Part shown: piece after piece, positions 63,901-64,000 of the stretch
Layout of the letters: each line of letters opens with the position of its first letter
Numbering within the stretch: position 1 is the stretch's first letter
NCBI RefSeq assembly: GCF_030144855.1
Contig: NC_082734.1
Span: 17,112,001-17,176,000, forward strand
DNA from: Hypanus sabinus
Taxonomy: Eukaryota
Direction of reading: 5' to 3'
Length of the DNA: 64,000 bases
The notes under the pieces: model-generated
Told to the model about the DNA's origin: nothing
Database searches by the model: none
The model's input: only the letters and a program-made list of their open reading frames with translations
Position numbers and translations under genes: made by a program

Positions 63901-63994
63901 TTTTCCTTCCAGTGCTCCCGTGGCCGGTTTCTTCAATGAAGACAGGGTTCCCGATTTCCTGATCCAGGTCACCGATGGAAACAACGTCAGAACG
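38105..63994 (+). CDS. FAM234B: FAM234B-like type II membrane protein with FG-GAP-like repeats; join 38105-38141, 38755-39165, 44036-44152, 45901-46086, 46457-46587, 49751-49910, 54014-54155, 62965-63114, 63913-63994; 3' part lies beyond the window
   Basis: Spliced frame is open throughout with consistent intron phases (1,1,1,1,0,1,2,2,0). [31 protein letters not shown] resembles the recalled human FAM234B start [31 protein letters not shown]. TM helix RTSAFLLTLILTMVLVLVCAFFIPCP; acidic loops DVNNDQVSD, DIDGDGFGD, FNEDRVPD. Ortholog versus paralog is unresolved. Confidence 0.88.
38755..39165 (+). CDS. FAM234B: FAM234B-like exon 2 (cytoplasmic tail and TM helix)
   Basis: ttttccag|GT...GCTG|gtaagc; 411 nt. 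Confidence 0.92.
40030..40510 (+). mobile_element. Penelope-like element 3' portion (GIY-YIG C-terminus, pyrimidine-rich UTR, terminal repeat)
   Basis: VHGLL..QDEATLRMEEQYLVFCRGSLQPDGTNIDF, then the ubiquitous gatgctgcctgacc...cattttgtgtgt repeat. Confidence 0.75.
40401..40436 (+). ncRNA. Minimal type I hammerhead ribozyme motif
   Basis: AGTC-CTGAGGA-AGG(GTCTCGG)CCT-GAAA-CG-TT-GACT: stem I, CUGANGA, stem II, GAAA, palindromic ACGU minimal stem III, NUH. Confidence 0.65.
42405..42945 (-). mobile_element. Penelope-like element 3' portion, inverted relative to 40030-40510
   Basis: Minus strand QPNGMNITF, pyrimidine tract, then ctgatgaagggtcttggcccgagaagtcgac. Confidence 0.75.
42950..43440 (-). 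mobile_element. Degraded CR1 RT fragment
   Basis: NWIQHWFSGRIQRVIVDGCLPDWRPVTSGV, FADD. Confidence 0.75.
44036..44152 (+). CDS. FAM234B: FAM234B-like exon 3 (GFPPAITLWDVNNDQVSDVIISF...)
   Basis: ccttccacag|GT...CAAG|gtaata; 117 nt. Confidence 0.88.
45146..45576. mobile_element. Composite repeat bounded by two Tc1/mariner-like hairpin MITEs (45146-45208, 45510-45576)
   Basis: TA-cagtactgtg...cacagaactg-TA inverted termini; half copy at 50468-50493. Confidence 0.6.
45901..46086 (+). CDS. FAM234B: FAM234B-like exon 4 (...VAVLSGADGSVLW...ICILVGVNHMLKAVNSSS)
   Basis: gtttcctcag|...TCAG|gtgtgc; 186 nt. Confidence 0.9.
46457..46587 (+). CDS. FAM234B: FAM234B-like exon 5 (GNSFWEM...PVQLPDIDGDGFGDILL)
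   Basis: gtgttacag|GA...TTG|gtatgg; 131 nt. Confidence 0.88.
47460..47950 (-). mobile_element. CR1 3' fragment
   Basis: FFSQRVVNLWNSL...KAEIDRFLISKGIK. Confidence 0.85.
49751..49910 (+). CDS. FAM234B: FAM234B-like exon 6 (...FVSGATGALIGQPVTYNVTGEGKLIGP...LYVLFGY)
   Basis: tctattccag|ACC...TATG|gtaagc; 160 nt. Confidence 0.92.
51118..51374. other. Assembly gap (257 N)
   Basis: Run of n in FAM234B-like intron 6. Confidence 0.99.
52560..53090 (+). mobile_element. Degraded CR1 3' fragment
   Basis: RPHLEY, DRADVERMFP, FRTEMRRNFF. Confidence 0.8.
54014..54155 (+). CDS. FAM234B: FAM234B-like exon 7 (GTIQAVSVRDIYRQA...LQVY); not in the ORF track
   Basis: ttctctgaaag|GG...TACAG|gtgact; 142 nt; resembles recalled human GNIQAVALRDIFVQA. 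Confidence 0.88.
54570..54995 (+). mobile_element. RTE-derived short non-autonomous element inserted in a V-SINE
   Basis: RTE/Expander-like 5' UTR fused to a 3' end reading KLAKDGQKWRTCLTALNASG followed by gtaag. Confidence 0.6.
54970..55168 (+). repeat. 38-bp minisatellite, about 5.2 copies
   Basis: Unit CAGTGGTGTAACGGGCAGTAAGGAAGTGTGTGCCTGAG starts at 54970, 55008, 55046, 55084, 55122 and (partial) 55160. Confidence 0.97.
55200..55675 (-). mobile_element. CR1 3' fragment
   Basis: AQRRFTRMLPGLRSMPYENRLSELGLFSLE...RGDLIEVYKMM. Confidence 0.88.
57762..57812. repeat. (TG)n/(TA)15 microsatellite
   Basis: Direct reading. Confidence 0.95.
58935..59570 (+). mobile_element. Rex1/Babar-derived short element (5' region fused to 3' tail)
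   Basis: Basic RKRCTRKRKRG..VRAR...PSRPALPSI segment, IPDAAIQL, then AATAAA and a (GACTT)n tail. Confidence 0.6.
59793..60645 (-). mobile_element. Rex1/Babar-type LINE 3' portion
   Basis: WCEDNNLSLNISKTKELVVDFRR...FKFLGV...QRLYFLRKLKKF...LPSRRRFRSLKTRTARFGNSFFPTVIRLLN. Confidence 0.88.
60866..60952. repeat. Compound (GA)n(CA)n microsatellite inside the RTE-derived element at 60650-61000
   Basis: Direct reading. Confidence 0.95.
62965..63114 (+). CDS. FAM234B: FAM234B-like exon 8 (SGNSSVQDLQTL...ALLITTRNRLQILRGRHLQHLW)
   Basis: cttccctctcag|T...AAGGA|gtgagt; 150 nt; resembles recalled human NLLITTRQSLVLLRGQNL. Confidence 0.87.
63913..63994 (+). CDS. FAM234B: FAM234B-like exon 9 (DAPVAGFFNEDRVPDFLIQVTDGNNVRT)
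   Basis: ttttccttccag|T...ACG|gtatga; 82 nt. Confidence 0.88.
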
Positions 63995-64000
63995 GTATGA

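Overview
Repeat-rich vertebrate genomic DNA. The repeat landscape (CR1, Rex1/Babar, Penelope-derived repeats, V-domain SINEs) suggests a cartilaginous fish, probably a ray; this is inference. Two spliced genes sit head-to-head around a short shared promoter at about 37.8-38.1 kb. DDX59 (minus strand) is complete, with 7 coding exons from 35277 to 15695 encoding about 588 aa (zf-HIT plus DEAD-box helicase, motif II reading DEVD). A FAM234B-like gene (plus strand) has 9 coding exons from 38105 to 63994 and runs off the right edge. A CpG-rich promoter with cell-cycle-type motifs lies at the left edge (possibly KIF14, by synteny). The rest is mostly transposable elements: a near-intact 2.9-kb CR1 ORF2 with a roughly 99% identical truncated twin, a Chapaev3-like DNA transposon relic with TAA TSDs and asymmetric bipartite TIRs, hAT and Tc1/mariner MITEs, RTE-derived short elements, and Penelope-derived repeats carrying a minimal hammerhead ribozyme motif. 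There is also a 38-bp minisatellite and a 257-N gap. All calls were made by eye; family names for repeats are recalled, not searched.
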